A model generated the notes under the pieces. The model saw only the letters and a list, made by a program, of their open reading frames with translations. It searched no databases and was not told where the DNA came from. A DNA stretch of 63,950 nucleotides, filler included, from Octopus bimaculoides (Eukaryota), in assembly GCF_001194135.2 (NCBI RefSeq). It is 6 parts of 6 records of this genome, joined end to end, with 100 filler letters (N's around TTAATTAATTAA, not from the genome) between each part and the next. Parts side by side here need not be neighbours in the genome. Positions count along the whole stretch, not along the records: positions 8,424 to 33,503 come from NC_068982.1; positions 33,604 to 40,641 come from NC_068983.1; 4 more parts are not named here. One strand, given 5' to 3'. Made by a program: the position numbers and the translations under genes. The stretch's first letter is position 1, and every line of letters begins with the position of its first letter. Positions 26,369-40,402 of the stretch are shown piece by piece.

Positions 26369-26666
26369 CTATTGTCAAAGAGGAGCGGTTTGAACGGAAG
26401 ATTATATAGTGTGTTTGATGTTATTTTGTTGCTAGAGTTGCATTTTGAGATTGTCCCAGGTGTTCATGCTTTGAAATTTAACACACATGTTCAAAAACTG
26501 CAGCGAGCAGACAAAGCGGACAATGCTTTGAAAGCTTGCTACGAGGAGTCTCAATTACAGAAGCACACTTCTATAGAAATCTCTGCTAATGTAACCAAGC
26601 GCAAATCTAAGGAACTTGAAACGTTGCAGCTGCTGTATCTCAAAGTCTAACGTCCAGAACATGCAC

Positions 26667-26694
26667 CTTCAAATCCTGACAGTTTCTGAGCCAT
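26667..26694 (-). CDS. Candidate first coding exon A1 (MAQKLSGFE)
   Basis: gccATGG context with an in-frame TGA just upstream. Donor AAG|gtgcat is weak, but its phase-1 end matches exon 26226-26368. Confidence 0.3.
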
Positions 26695-27294
26695 GGCTCA
26701 TTTACTGCACGGATGCCGCAATAACACTTAGCACATAGCACAACGATGGCAACAGCCACTAAAATGTGACAGGGCGTATTTTGATGAATGAAAACCTTGA
26801 AACAAACTGGTGTGTGTGTATGACTGTGTATGCATGTATATGTATATAATATAAGGAGAAAGAATGCGTTATGGAATTGTTCTGCATAAATATTTTTGAA
26901 ATTTATGTATATCTGATTATAATTAACGAATCTGCAACACTTCGATAGTTACAGTTTATGATATTATAATAATAATATTATAACAAGCATAACCAGAATT
27001 TCGAAATATTTAAATTGCGAACATACACATATCTTACTACTTTTATACATTAAAATTTAAAAAGAAAGGTAAAGATTTTTGACAAAATATTAATAATAAC
27101 CATTGTCAGGACATTGAAGTATATTTCTACACATATAATTTAATAGATTATTGTCTGCATCGTAATTCAAAGTGTGTATCTGAATTTTCGAATATTTTAA
27201 TTCCAGTGAAATTTGGCAAATTTTCCAAAAATCACAAAATTTTATGTTTATAAATTAATTATGATACCAAGATAAATAGATTTATAAATCTTAC

Positions 27295-27530
27295 GTCAAC
27301 ATTTATTGAAAATTTTCAACCTGTACCTCGTCTGTATCCTTCCAAATTTCAAATCTATCCTTAGCTTTGTGAAACACATCTTGAAGCATTTGAGGAGTAA
27401 TCTCCTTCGTTGGTAAGTGAATGCATTATTTATGTTCAGATAAACTATTGCTCCGTATAGGGATGGAGGCAGGTTAGATGACTGCAGCCAAATTGAAAAA
27501 AGAACTGTCGTGGGCAGATAACCATGATCC
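27295..27530 (-). mobile_element. Tc1/mariner transposase C-terminal remnant
   Basis: EITPQMLQDVFHKAKDRFEIWKDTDEVQVENFQ* resembles the terminal helices of Tc1/mariner transposases. Confidence 0.45.
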
Positions 27531-28629
27531 AGTAGGAATTAATATAAAATTATCAAAAGAAAAGAAAATAAAGATTATAATATTATAGAACAAATGAAAA
27601 ATTTACACACTCAAAATACATATTAAACATGATGATCGTAAAAGTGAGATTTCACTGAAATCGTGTGCGATTTTTTGCAAAAATTGAAACAAAATTTTTC
27701 GTGTGAGTAAATTTTTGAAGTTGTATAGTGTTTCGATTGGAATTGAGTTGTATGTTATAGATTTAGAGTGAACCTATATTTTACTTTCCCTAAAAAGTCA
27801 CGTGTACGTCAATTAATACAGATGTACTGAAAGCTGCATAGTTTCAGAATCATTTTCATTAAATTACAGGCCTTAATTTTAGCATTTAGGTAGATATCCC
27901 TTCAGGTATGATAGATTTGTTTTTTACAAGTTTTACATGTCCACATATTGTATTCTCGAATAATGAGGTGAATTCGGAAATTTATGTCAGCAAAATTTAA
28001 TACGAAACAAACTGAACACGTCTCTCATAACTATCAAAATTTAATGTTTCTGTTCTTTTTCTTTTTTTTTTTTTTGGCAAGTTGCCATATTCTTCCAAGC
28101 GTTTATTGACCATATATGTGAAATGAATTTATGCAACTTTTCATAGAAGCATATTGTACTTAATTTTATTTTCTAATTGATATTATTAAAATGAATCCAG
28201 ACATACACAAACAAACAGAAACACATTCGCGTAAAAATATGCGCACATATACATTCCCCCCCCCACACACACACACATATTTACATAGATTGTTACATGC
28301 CTTGTGTATCATTTATGTAAATATTAGGTTGTCTTATTTCTAAACCTATATCTCTATTTCCAGTTTTCACTACTCTCAAATTATTATTGCACGTTTTACA
28401 GGTAAATGAAGTAATATATTTCTGGTGACATGGAATAGTAAGTTTATTTCAGACAAGTGATATATAATTTGGTCGTTGAATTCTGATTTAGAATTCTGCA
28501 TTATTCTATCGCCGACAACGGTTTGGTAATTCGCTAAACATTTTACTGAGCATTTCAACTGGTCGCCCTTCATGATAGCTCCTCCAACGTACCAAAGAAA
28601 TATACTCATATATATATAGTCAGGCAGAA

Positions 28630-28685
<56 letters not shown>

Positions 28686-28751
28686 NNNNNNNNNNNNNNN
28701 NNNNNNTATATATAAATAAAATTTCAAAATTTTTTGTGCTACCCTATAATT

Positions 28752-28785
<34 letters not shown>

Positions 28786-29482
28786 CTCTGTGTGCGTATG
28801 TGTGTGTATGCTTGTGTCTGTGTGTGTATGTGTGAGGTGGAATTCGCGTGTGTATATATTTGTGTGTAGGAATCCTTGTTGGTTAATTTAGAATTAACCT
28901 CTCCTTTCTATTAATAAAATGATATATGATATATCATCTGAAATTCACACTGCCAGTCTTTTTTTTTTTCACGTATTGGCTTTTTTTAAATCATATTAAT
29001 TAATGATTTTATACATTGGTTCGACACCCGACATCAATATTGATGAGCATTAATTGTTAAAATGACCTTCAAACATCATATTAGAACATTGTACTAGTTT
29101 ATCCTTCCCTCGAATCTCTAACGGCGTAATTACCAATCGATCAAGTTTGCTATATAGCAAAGAATAATGACAGAGATAACAAAGAACTTACATGAACTTG
29201 CTCAAAGTTTAAATTTTGTTGTTTTTCACGTTCAATTCCTTTGCTAATTACACAGGTTTATTTAACTGGTGGATGTACAGGTTCAGGAAGTTTATTTTCA
29301 AATACCTGTTAATGTATTACGCATTTAATATTCAAAATGTTATTTGCTATTGATGTTGTTTCTGTTGTTCTTTCATTTCTTTACGTTATTCTACCCCCGG
29401 ATTCTCATCATATAATTATTGATAATATTGATGTTGATGTTGTTATGGATGGTGAAATTGATATTGTTGTTGTTAATTGTAT

Positions 29483-29533
<51 letters not shown>

Positions 29534-30199
29534 AACCAATAACAATAATAATAATGATAATAATATAGTTATGTTTGTTAATCTTTTTGTTATTATATAG
29601 ATGTCATAAAATTTTTAAGTACTTTAAATGTATATATATATGTGTGTGTGTGTATTTATGTATATATGTATGTATATGTATGTGCATGTGTACGCGAGTG
29701 TATACATATTTATATATATTCATATATAGTACTCTACAGTGCACTCACACATACATATATGCACTTGTGTATAGTCATCTTCGTGTATGTATGCTACATT
29801 AGTGAATGCGTTTTATGTAAATGTATATTTTTACATTATTTCATTGGCAAAAATTATTATTGGCATTAAATCTATCATACAATATATCAAAGAAATTGAC
29901 TGAGTATAAAATACAGTTAACATATACACGTAAGATTTGGTATTCTCTGTTGTGAAATAATTATCATTGTCAGAAGAGAGAGATGCAAGCTGCAGCTATG
30001 AAATCTAACTGATTACCAGATAAATATACATTGAAACAGAGTGGCCTACTTTTGAACGTTAATGAACCAATATATCCAACTTTGATATACAAAATTCAAC
30101 CATAGAATTAGGATTATGAATGCTTTGAAAAGATTTTCAATAAATAAATTAGTAGATGCTAAAAGGTGGAGTGAAGTAGGATGAGATAATGAGACATTA

Positions 30200-30333
<134 letters not shown>

Positions 30334-30616
30334 GTATATAAAAAAAGTACAGATGTATTCCTATTTTCTTCCACTCTGAATTTCCCACACACTTTCTTTT
30401 TCTCCCACTTTTTCATTTGATTTCTTACTCTCTCCACACATACTTAAATGCATGTATAGATGTATACGTACAGCTATCTGTCTATTAATCTATAGGTATA
30501 CGCACATATAAACATATACATACATGTGTATATCACATGCATACATATATATATGCACATATATATATATATAAGTACATATATGTATATATGTTTGTGT
30601 GCATGTATATATATAC

Positions 30617-30648
<32 letters not shown>

Positions 30649-33211
30649 ACGTATGTAAGCTTGCACATAAATAAACACTTATTCACAGACATATGTTTGT
30701 GTGTGTAGAGACTAGTGACTAGATGTTTAATGTGCCGAACTCAAGACCGTAAGATTGTAGTTTCGATTCCTGGATCGGGCGAAGTGTTGTGTTCCTCAGC
30801 AAAACTCTTCATTTAACGTTGATTAGTTAACTCATTTGGCAAAATATCAATAATCCTTAGATGGTGATATAAGTGATCACCTAGAGGTGCAGAGGATGGG
30901 AAGAATATATACACCACGGAATCCTGGAAACATGCCTTATTATCTTATTACGCTGGAAGAGTCTTTCATGTATACGAGTGCATCGATTTAAAGACACGAT
31001 TAATTAGAGTGGCGTAACTGAGTGCCACAGACAATGAAGCAGACACTATGTTTGAAATCTATGCGGGAAATACTTGACGATGTATGTCTAATAGAGAATA
31101 ATATAGCATTATTTACACACATCCATGTATATTTAAAACCTATGTGTATCACATCTTTTCTCTTGTACACAGATAAAGTTCATAATTTACAGTTATACAC
31201 CTTGCACTAGAATATAATTAATAACGGCTTCTAATTCAGGTATAAAGTTAGAAATAAATAGCTGATACTCTCGATTCCAGTATGTGACTAATGCTTTATC
31301 ATATTGCTACACATTGATTAAAGTTGATCTCGATGGTACTTGAAGTCGAAACATGAAGCGATGGAAGATATAACGTAGTACATTTCCTTCAACGTTACCA
31401 TGATTACGTCACCTCGACTTAAGACAATTAATAATCCTTTTTACGATAGACACAAGGGATGACATTTCGCAGGAAGTGTCTAGTCGGGGAATCGACGCCA
31501 GGGCCCGACTGTTATTTATTTCATTGACACCGAAAGGATGATATGGAAAGTTGACTTCACAGAAATATAAACTCGGAACATTAAGATATACGAAATGTTA
31601 ACGGTCTCCAATTGATGAAAGGCAAAATCGACCACGGTAGGATTTGAACTTAGAACGTCAACACGGATGACATTCTGTTGGGTTTTATCTGGCCCGGTAA
31701 TGATACTTCCAGCCAGCCACTGTTAAGTGAATTAACAACACTTCTAATATTAGAATTAAAATTGTGTATATTATATGATTCATGATACTCAAAAATAATC
31801 CATCAGAACTACTAAGTGCACATTTTCTTTGAATTCAACAGTCTACAAAGTAAATAGCCCTTATGTTAATATATGGATACACTTTACTTAAATGCATCAC
31901 CGGAAGTATTAACTAATCCCCGTAATTGCTGTTTTAAGGTCAGAAAAATTATGAGTGAGGAAATGTGTATTTAAGTAACATAGCTGCTTCTCTCTAAATT
32001 TGAACATCAAATTGTGTTTATTTTGCCTTTTATCTCCATCGTCATTTACATAACGTATATTAATATAATAGTATCCTAAAATTACTGTCAATATTTACTC
32101 ACCCATTAAGCAAGTATATATTGGACGACACTTCTTTGTTCCTTTTTTGTTTCTTCTTCTTTTATTTTATAATTAAACAAGATTTCTGTTAGTTAATACA
32201 ACGTTTTGCTAGAATATCTTCATTCGTAAAGACTCCCTATCTTATTGCTATATGATATTGCTATAAAAGAAAACATCTTCTGACCACCCTTAAAATAGAG
32301 AAAGTTTTTGCTAAGACAGCTTTATCATACTTATCATGCAAGCTTTTGCAAGACCTTCTCCACGTTGTCAATCAAAAGCATTTTCATATGACAGTGAAAT
32401 GCATATTTATATCACAGTAACTTTACCATATTCATCTAAAGTCATGGCCGACTGCGCTTGGTTTAACAGATAAAGAACCATTTCTGTTACAGGTACAATT
32501 CCTGGCATTAATAGAAATGGAGGCAGTCGATTACGAGATGATAGTGCACAACTATTATTTTATCGATCCCCCCACCCAAGGGGCAAAGTCGACCTCAGCG
32601 GATTTTAAGATCAAAACGTTGATACGAACGACATGCCGTTAAGAAGCATTTCCGGTGTGCTAACGATTCTGCTAACTCACTGCCTTGACTGCAGATGTAT
32701 GGAAGGTGCATTTCAATATTTAAAAGAATACATATTTGTGATCCAGGTAATTATAAATTCATATAGTTATAAAGACTGTGAGAATGGTCATAAAATGATA
32801 TCAGACAATATAAATAATAATTTACAGAGAGTCATAAATTGTTATAAAATAGAAATACACTACAACATTTCATTTTAACCCGAATATGAAACAAGCTATA
32901 TTTTCATCAAATTCAAGAGAATTTTTACAGCTTCGACACATCACAATTTCGATGAAGATTTCAAATTCATAATCTAGTTTAGACAGCAGCATTTCTAATA
33001 CATTTTATATATGAAATTGTAGAAAAGAAAGGATTTATAATTAAATAATATTTAATACTCTTTTGGTGAAAAATAGTAAAATTGATGTTATATATATATA
33101 TGCGTGTTTCTCTATATCTGTGTGCCTGTGTGTATGAGTATACGGAAGCAAACCAATGATAAACAAAGACATACGAGCTTTTACATTATATGCGTGCATA
33201 CACACACACAC

Positions 33212-33293
<82 letters not shown>

Positions 33294-34557
33294 TTATTAA
33301 TATTTCTAAGTCTCTCTAACGGAGACTACGGCAGCGGTACTGGAAATTAATAGTTATCGCCAAGCCAACATGGCAGTCCCAAAATTAGGACGAAAGCTGC
33401 CGTGAATTAGCTCCAAGAAGCCATCGCCTCTAGCTAGCTATGTGACACACGAAACCTGTGTCCTTTATAACCTTCGAACAGGGGAGGTCAGCAGTGTCCC
33501 CCTNNNNNNNNNNNNNNNNNNNNNNNNNNNNNNNNNNNNNNNNNNNNTTAATTAATTAANNNNNNNNNNNNNNNNNNNNNNNNNNNNNNNNNNNNNNNNN
33601 NNNTATATATACATACATACATAAAAAGGGTAAAGGGTAAAGACCCCCTTTAGTCATGAATGATCATGGGATTGCACCTAGAAAGTTCCCTTCTGAGGCA
33701 CAAGTCCAGACAAAGTTGTTTATGGGAGACCAGCAGTCACCCATACATGCCATCTTCACCTCTCCACGCCAAGAGAAAGGATGGCTCTATGCCTACTATT
33801 ACTCTCACTCTATCATGAGGAATAGTAGGAGAGTCATTGAAAAGTGAGAGAGGGGATCTAAGTGTGATACACTGACACACAGAAATTAGTTTTTGCACTT
33901 ATTCTATTAGATATATGTATATATGGGTAAAGTGAAGGCATATGGCTCAGTGGTTAGAGCGTTGGGCTCACAATTGTGAGGTAATGAGCTCAATTCCCTG
34001 ACTGGGCTGTGTTTTGTGTTCTTGAGCAAGACACTTTATTTCATGTTGCTCCAGTTCACTCAGCTGTAGAAATGAGTTGCGATGTCACAGGTGCCAAGTT
34101 GTAGTGGCCTTTTCTTTTCTCTTGCATGTATAGATATATACACACACATACATATATATACACATATAAAGAGGGACAAATATTATTCTACACAATTTTA
34201 TATATCACTCAATGTGGTTAGCCACAACCTGGATTATACTAGAGAGCTTGAACAGTACCTGCCTGGATCTAATATCCCGTTCCATTCACTATATTTATTC
34301 TTTGATCTCTTTTGCCTAACTACTAAGTTATGGGAATATAAACAAACCAAAACTAGTTGTCAGTTGGTGATGGGAGACAAACACAGGCACACACAGACAT
34401 ACATACACACACACACATGCATACATACATGCATACATACATACACGCATACATACATACATACACACACATACACACATACGTGCATACATACTGGGTC
34501 TTTCTCTATTGGCAAGAAATCTTGACATAAGACTGAATGATGACCTGCATACATACA

Positions 34558-34591
<34 letters not shown>

Positions 34592-34697
34592 CATACATAC
34601 ATACATGTAAACAAACCAATGCCAGTTGTCAAGCAGTGGTGGGAGACAAATGTGGTTAGAAAGACAAACTCTCCCTTTCTTTTTTCCTTTTTTTCCT

Positions 34698-34780
<83 letters not shown>

Positions 34781-35000
34781 GACACATACACATACACACA
34801 CACACACATACACGTATGTTGGCTTCTCTCAGTTTCCATCTACCAAATCCACTCACATGGCTTTGGTCAGCCTGAAGCTATAGCTGAAGACACCTGCCCA
34901 AAGTGTCATCCAATGAGACTGAACTCAGAACCATGTGGTTAGGAAGCAAACTTCTACCACATGGCCTCACTTGTGACTATATACATACACACACAGGCAT

Positions 35001-35042
<42 letters not shown>

Positions 35043-35184
35043 TATATAAAAGGTGCATGGATACATAAGAGTTGCAGCAATATCAGAGGAAGGTTAACAG
35101 GGAAAATTGTTTTTGTGCACAGGTACAATCAATGCCAAAAATGTACAGAAAAAAGACTCCATCAAATGCCAGGGAGGAAAACTA

Positions 35185-35700
35185 GAAGTAGTTGATAGCT
35201 TCCATTAACTAGGTGACCAAATGAGTAGCAGAGATGGGTGCTCTGAGAGAGTAGCTGCTAGAATAATAGGCGAGGCAAAGTTCAGAGAGCTCCTATCTCT
35301 GTTGGTAACAAAGATGTTCTCCTTCAGAGTGAAAGGCAGATTGTACAATACCTGTGTGTGAACAGCCATGCTACATGGCCGTGAAACAATGGCTGTGACT
35401 GCTGAGGACATGCAAAGGCTTGAAATAAATGAAGCTAAAATGCTTTGCTGGATGTGCAATGTCAGTGTGCATGCATGACAGAGTGTAAGTGTCTTGAGAG
35501 AAAGGTTGCTGGTGGCACGTAAAAAGCACCCACTCTTGGAGTGGTTGGTGTTAGGAAGGGCGTCCAGCTGTAGAAACCATGCCAAATCAGACTGGAACCG
35601 GGGGGAGCTTTTCAGCTTACCAGTTTTGAGTCAAACTGTCCAACCCAAGCCAGCATGGAAAATGGACATTAAATACTGATGATGATGATGCTGATGCTGA
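35185..35700 (+). mobile_element. RTE-clade LINE 3' fragment with (GAT)n-tailed 3' module
   Basis: LGDQMSS...KFRELLSLLVTK.FSFRVKGRLY..C..TAMLHGRET..V..EDMQRLE..EAKML.WMCNV; tail ...ccagcatggaaaatggacattaaa-(gat)n. Confidence 0.8.
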
Positions 35701-35719
35701 TATATATAGCTATGCTATA

Positions 35720-36395
35720 TAGCAGTGAAACATGGGCTGTGACTGCTGAGGGCATACGAAGGCTTGAAAGAAATGAATTGAAAGAAATGACATTACCCAT
35801 CCAGTGAAGCTGGATGGGTCATGTCAGTGTGGATATATGACAGAGTGTAAGTGATCTGAGAGAAAAGCTAGGTACATGGGGCATCACATGTAGTGTGCCA
35901 TCAAGAATTGCTGAGCTCTAGCTGTTGAGGGAATGTGTGGAAGGAGTAAACTCAGGAAGATGTGGGACAAAGTGGTGAAGAAGGATCTTCAGATGCTGGG
36001 ACTCACAGAGGGAATGACAGAGAACCAAGCCTTCTGGTAGTTTGCTGTGCTGGAGGAGACACATCAAGCTAAGTAAATACGTGGTCATCCTTGCATACAG
36101 GCATGTCCCTTGCATCTCTCTTCAGCTGAGCATTCCTAATATTGTGGGCTCATGTGTGCTGATGCCATGTAAATGCCATGTAAATGCCACATGAAAGCAC
36201 CCATGCCATTACTGCATAAAAGCACTCTGTACACTCTGTAAAGTGAATGGAGTTAGAAGGGCATCCAGCTATAGAAACCATACCAAAATAGGCATAGAGG
36301 CAGTACAGCTCTCCAGCTGATCAGCTCCTGTCAAACTGTCCAGCCCATACCAACATGGAAAAACGGACATTAAATGATGACGATGATGATGATGA
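35720..36395 (+). mobile_element. Second RTE-clade fragment plus the same 3' module
   Basis: Repeats the SETWAVTAE..RRLERNE motif and ends ...aacatggaaaacggacattaaa-(tga)n. Confidence 0.7.
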
Positions 36396-36397
36396 TA

Positions 36398-36803
36398 TGA
36401 CTGTGTGGTAAGTAGCTTGCTTACCAACCACGTGGTTCCAGGTTCAGTCCAACTGCGTGGCACCTTGGGCAAGTGTCTTCTACTATAGCCTTGGGCCAAC
36501 CAAAGCCTTGTGAGTGGATTTGGTAGATGGAAACTGAAAGAAGCCCGTCGTATATATGTATATATATATATATGTATGTGTGTGTGTATATGTTTGTGTG
36601 TCTGTGTTTGTCCCCCCAACATCGCTTGACAACCGATGTTGGTGTGTTTATGTCCCCGTAACTTAGCGGTTCGGCTAAAGACATCGATAGAATAAGTACT
36701 AGGCTTACAAAGAATAAGACCTGGGGTCGATTAGCTCGACTAAAAGGCGGTGCTCCAGCATGGCCACAGTCAAATGACTGAAACAAATAAAAGAGTAAAA
36801 GAG
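36398..36803 (+). mobile_element. SINE family A, near full length, with internal (TA)n(TG)n
   Basis: Head, internal microsatellite and 3' module ending aaaagagtaaaagag. Further copies at ~34310-34965(-), 38093-38467(-), 39065-39237(+), 45192-45350(+), 45905-46141(+) and 53905-53985(-). Confidence 0.9.
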
Positions 36804-37594
36804 TATATGTGAATGGGCAGATAACAGGTATGTACATGGGTTACATATGTGTAAAAAAGGAGCAAATGTTTGTAAATGTTGAAGAATGTCAATGTCCATG
36901 AATAGGAGTGTGTGTTTATGTGTGTTTATGTGTGCACTTAGGTGTGTGTAAATGTGTGCATGCATGTGTGTGCATGCATGTGTGTGTGTGTGTGTGTGTG
37001 TGTTTGCACGTGAGTGTTGTGAATAAAGGCAATGTAACCTATGAAGTAATGAATATAAAATATCTTTGAAACAGGATGAAAGATCCCAAGTAAAGAACAG
37101 TTGGACAGTCTGGCAGTAAGTACTATTATCATCACTAATTAAGTATGTACTTTAAACCAAGTGAGGTCACCAACCACAATGATCAGAACAAATAGAGATA
37201 GCGGCACAGACACTTTCATTATTATAAGTAATAGACAGACAGATACACTCACACACACACACGCACATACAAGTATACACTTGTATATAGACTTATAAGG
37301 ATGTCGTATATGTATACATCAGTATAAGTGTGTGTGCGTGTGTGTGTGTGTACACAATACACACAGACACATATATTTATAAAAACATAAGTGGTTACAT
37401 TTTGAATGGAAAAATGAGAAATCTGTGCGTGGGTGTGTGTGTGTGTGTATGTATGTATATAAAAGAGCATAAAGGAAGAAATTAACCTTTGTGACTCAGT
37501 TAAGACAAATCCTCAAAAATAGAACAATTTTATGCATCACCCTATTATAATATATAATATATATATATATATATAAATATATATTTATAAACAA

Positions 37595-37851
37595 AATTAA
37601 GGGATCAGCAAACATTTGCTTCACCACATACCGAAGTTCATATCATACCGATGAAGGAAATTGAGTATTATCGATCATAATCCAGAAACGTGTCTATGAT
37701 TAACTTCGAATGGTTAGTTTTCCTTGTTTTTTCTTCTTGTCTTTGCCTTTGTGAGTTACAAGTAATGCTATCTGTTGGAGTCTCAGCTTTTTTAGCTGCT
37801 ATTTCTGAACTTCGGTATGTGGTGAAGCAAATGTTTGCTGATCCCTTAATT
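37595..37851. repeat. Perfect 46-bp inverted repeat enclosing the hammerhead fold
   Basis: 37595-37640 is the exact reverse complement of 37806-37851 and extends ~11 bp further with one mismatch. Confidence 0.9.
37632..37708 (+). ncRNA. Type I hammerhead-ribozyme-like fold (U4C variant)
   Basis: cgaagtt-cat-atcata-CCGATGA-agga...tcca-GAAA-cgtGTC-tatgat-t-aacttcg. Helix I is 6+7 bp, GUC triplet, near-palindromic helix III. Confidence 0.6.
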
Positions 37852-38057
37852 ATGTTTATAAATGTATAAGAACTTTTAAATAAGTTCTCCACCGATAATG
37901 GTGTTTACATAGCGAAGGGCTTGGTAAAAATTATTAATTGTTGATTTATTAATAAATTAATAAATTGATAAACCTTTACCCTTTTAATTGTATATAAATA
38001 TATATATAGACATCTCTTTCTATCTCTTTCTCTGTGTGTGTGTGTGTGTGTGTGTGC

Positions 38058-38092
<35 letters not shown>

Positions 38093-38467
38093 CTCTTTAC
38101 TCTTTTACTTGTTTCAGTCATTTGACTGTGGCCATGCTGGAGCACCGCCTTTAGTTGAGCAAATCGACCCCAGGACTTATTCTTTGTAAGCCTAGTACTT
38201 ATTCTATCAGTCTCTTTTTGCCGAACCGCTAAGTTACGGCGATGTAAACACACCAGCATCGGTTGTCAAGTGATGTTGTGGGGACAAACACAGACACACA
38301 AACATATACACACACACATATATATATACATATATACAACGGGCTTCTTTCAGTTTCCGTCTACCAAATCCACTCACAAGGCTTTGGTCGGCCCGAGGCT
38401 ATAGTAGAAGACACTTGCCCAAGGTGCCACGCAGTGGGAATGAACCCCGAACCATGTTTTTGGTAAG
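38093..38467 (-). mobile_element. SINE family A
   Basis: Reverse complement of the 36398-36803 copy. Confidence 0.9.
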
Positions 38468-39922
38468 CTGGGCCCAACAATGACACTTCATGCCTTGAGT
38501 ACATATCAAATTTTATTAAACCTGACCAATATTTTTCAAGCAATGAACAATTTACATCAAAACAATGATATAATTTGTCGACTTGGAACTTATTGGAAAG
38601 CTGCATGATAAACAACATTTTTGTATTCCCATTCAGGGGTCAGTACAATTTTGTTTTCTATCTAACCTCTTTATTTCTCTCTCTTTCTTTCTGTTGATTG
38701 TTTTCAACCATCACCATCACCAGTACCACCACCATCACCACCACAACTGCCATACACACACCATTCAGACTTCTGACGCTACCCCCTTCAATACCTTTGA
38801 CATTGCTCCCCCCTTCCCCTCCACCACCATCACCACCACCATCATCACCGTCACCTCTGCATCTATCACAAATACAGCTCATACTATTGCTATCATTCCA
38901 TTACCATCACAATCGTTAATCTACTACCGCCCTCATAGTCTGTATGCCTGCTATTACTCTCAACCCAGCATGAGGAATAGTAGAAGTAGAATAGTGAGAG
39001 AGAGGGTCAAAGTGTGACACATTGACACACAGAAATTCGTTTTGGCATTTATTATATATATATAGGCGTAGGAGTGGCTGTGTGGTAAGTAGCTTGCTTA
39101 CCAACCACATGGTCCCGGGTTCAGTCCCACTGCGTGGCATCTTGGGTAAGTGTCTTCTACTATAGCCTTGGGCCGACCAAAGCTTTGTGAGTGGATTTGT
39201 TAGACAGAAACTGAAAGAAGCCCGTCGTATATATGTANNNNNNNNNNNNNNNNNNNNNNNNNNNNNNNNNNNNNNNNNNNNNNNNNNNNNNNNNNNNNNN
39301 NNNNNNNNNNNNNNNNNNNNNNNNNNNNNNNNNNNNNNNNNNNNNNNNNNNNNNNNNNNNNNNNNNNNNNNNNNNNNNNNNNNNNNNNNNNNNNNNNNNN
39401 NNNNNNNNNNNNNNNNNNNNNNNNNNNNNNNNNNNNNNNNNNNNNNNNNNNNNNNNNNNNNNNNNNNNNNNNNNNNNNNNNNNNNNNNNNNNNNNNNNNN
39501 NNNNNNNNNNNNNNNNNNNNNNNNNNNNNNNNNNNNNNNNNNNNNNNNNNNNNNNNNNNNNNNNNNNNNNNNNNNNNNNNNNNNNNNNNNNNNNNNNNNN
39601 NNNNNNNNNNNNNNNNNNNNNNNNNNNNNNNNNNNNNNNNNNNNNNNNNNNNNNNNNNNNNNNNNNNNNNNNNNNNNNNNNNNNNNNNNNNNNNNNNNNN
39701 NNNNNNNNNNNNNNNNNNNNNNNNNNNNNNNNNNNNNNNNNNNNNNNNNNNNNNNNNNNNNNNNNNNNNNNNNNNNNNNNNNNNNNNNNNNNNNNNNNNN
39801 NNNNNNNNNNNNNNNNNNNNNNNNNNNNNNNNNNNNNNNNNNNNNNNNNNNNNNNNNNNNNNNNNNNNNNNNNNNNNNNNNNNNNNNNNNNNNNNNNNNN
39901 NNNNNNNNNNNNNNNNNNNNNN

Positions 39923-39991
<69 letters not shown>

Positions 39992-40067
39992 TATTTGTGG
40001 GATAACAAAAGTACCAGTAGTTTCATTTAAAGGGCTCTTCCCAATTGTTCAAGTATGCCATATCAAA

Positions 40068-40131
40068 GCGTTGTTACTCATCTCCATTTTGAATGGGGAT
40101 TTTCATCCAAAATGGAGATGAGTACCAGCAC
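40068..40131. other. Short stem-loop with a 17-bp perfect stem
   Basis: tactcatctccattttg (40075-40091) pairs with caaaatggagatgagta (40108-40124); pairing continues inward and outward. Confidence 0.85.
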
Positions 40132-40402
40132 TTCCAAATGGTATGCTTAAACACTTGCGAAGGTCTCTTCCACTTGAAGCCATTGGTTGCCTTGTTAACC
40201 CACAATTAAAGAATATTTATCCATCAATGAAGTTTTGGACAATCATTCTCATTGTTCTATATTAGCAGATACATATAATAATAATACACACACACACACA
40301 CATGCACACACACACACACATATGTGTATGTGTATGTATGCATGTGTGTGTGTATATATATATGTATGTATATATGCATGTATGTGTGTGTATGTATATA
40401 TA

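Noticed and set aside
26372-26650. 92-aa plus-strand ORF
   Set aside because: No recognisable domain; it lies antisense within the candidate A1-A2 intron.
29192-29243. Minus-strand exon-like segment (KGIEREKQQNLNFEQVH) with a gtaagt donor
   Set aside because: Weak acceptor, and it cannot be joined in frame to the model. At most a UTR exon.
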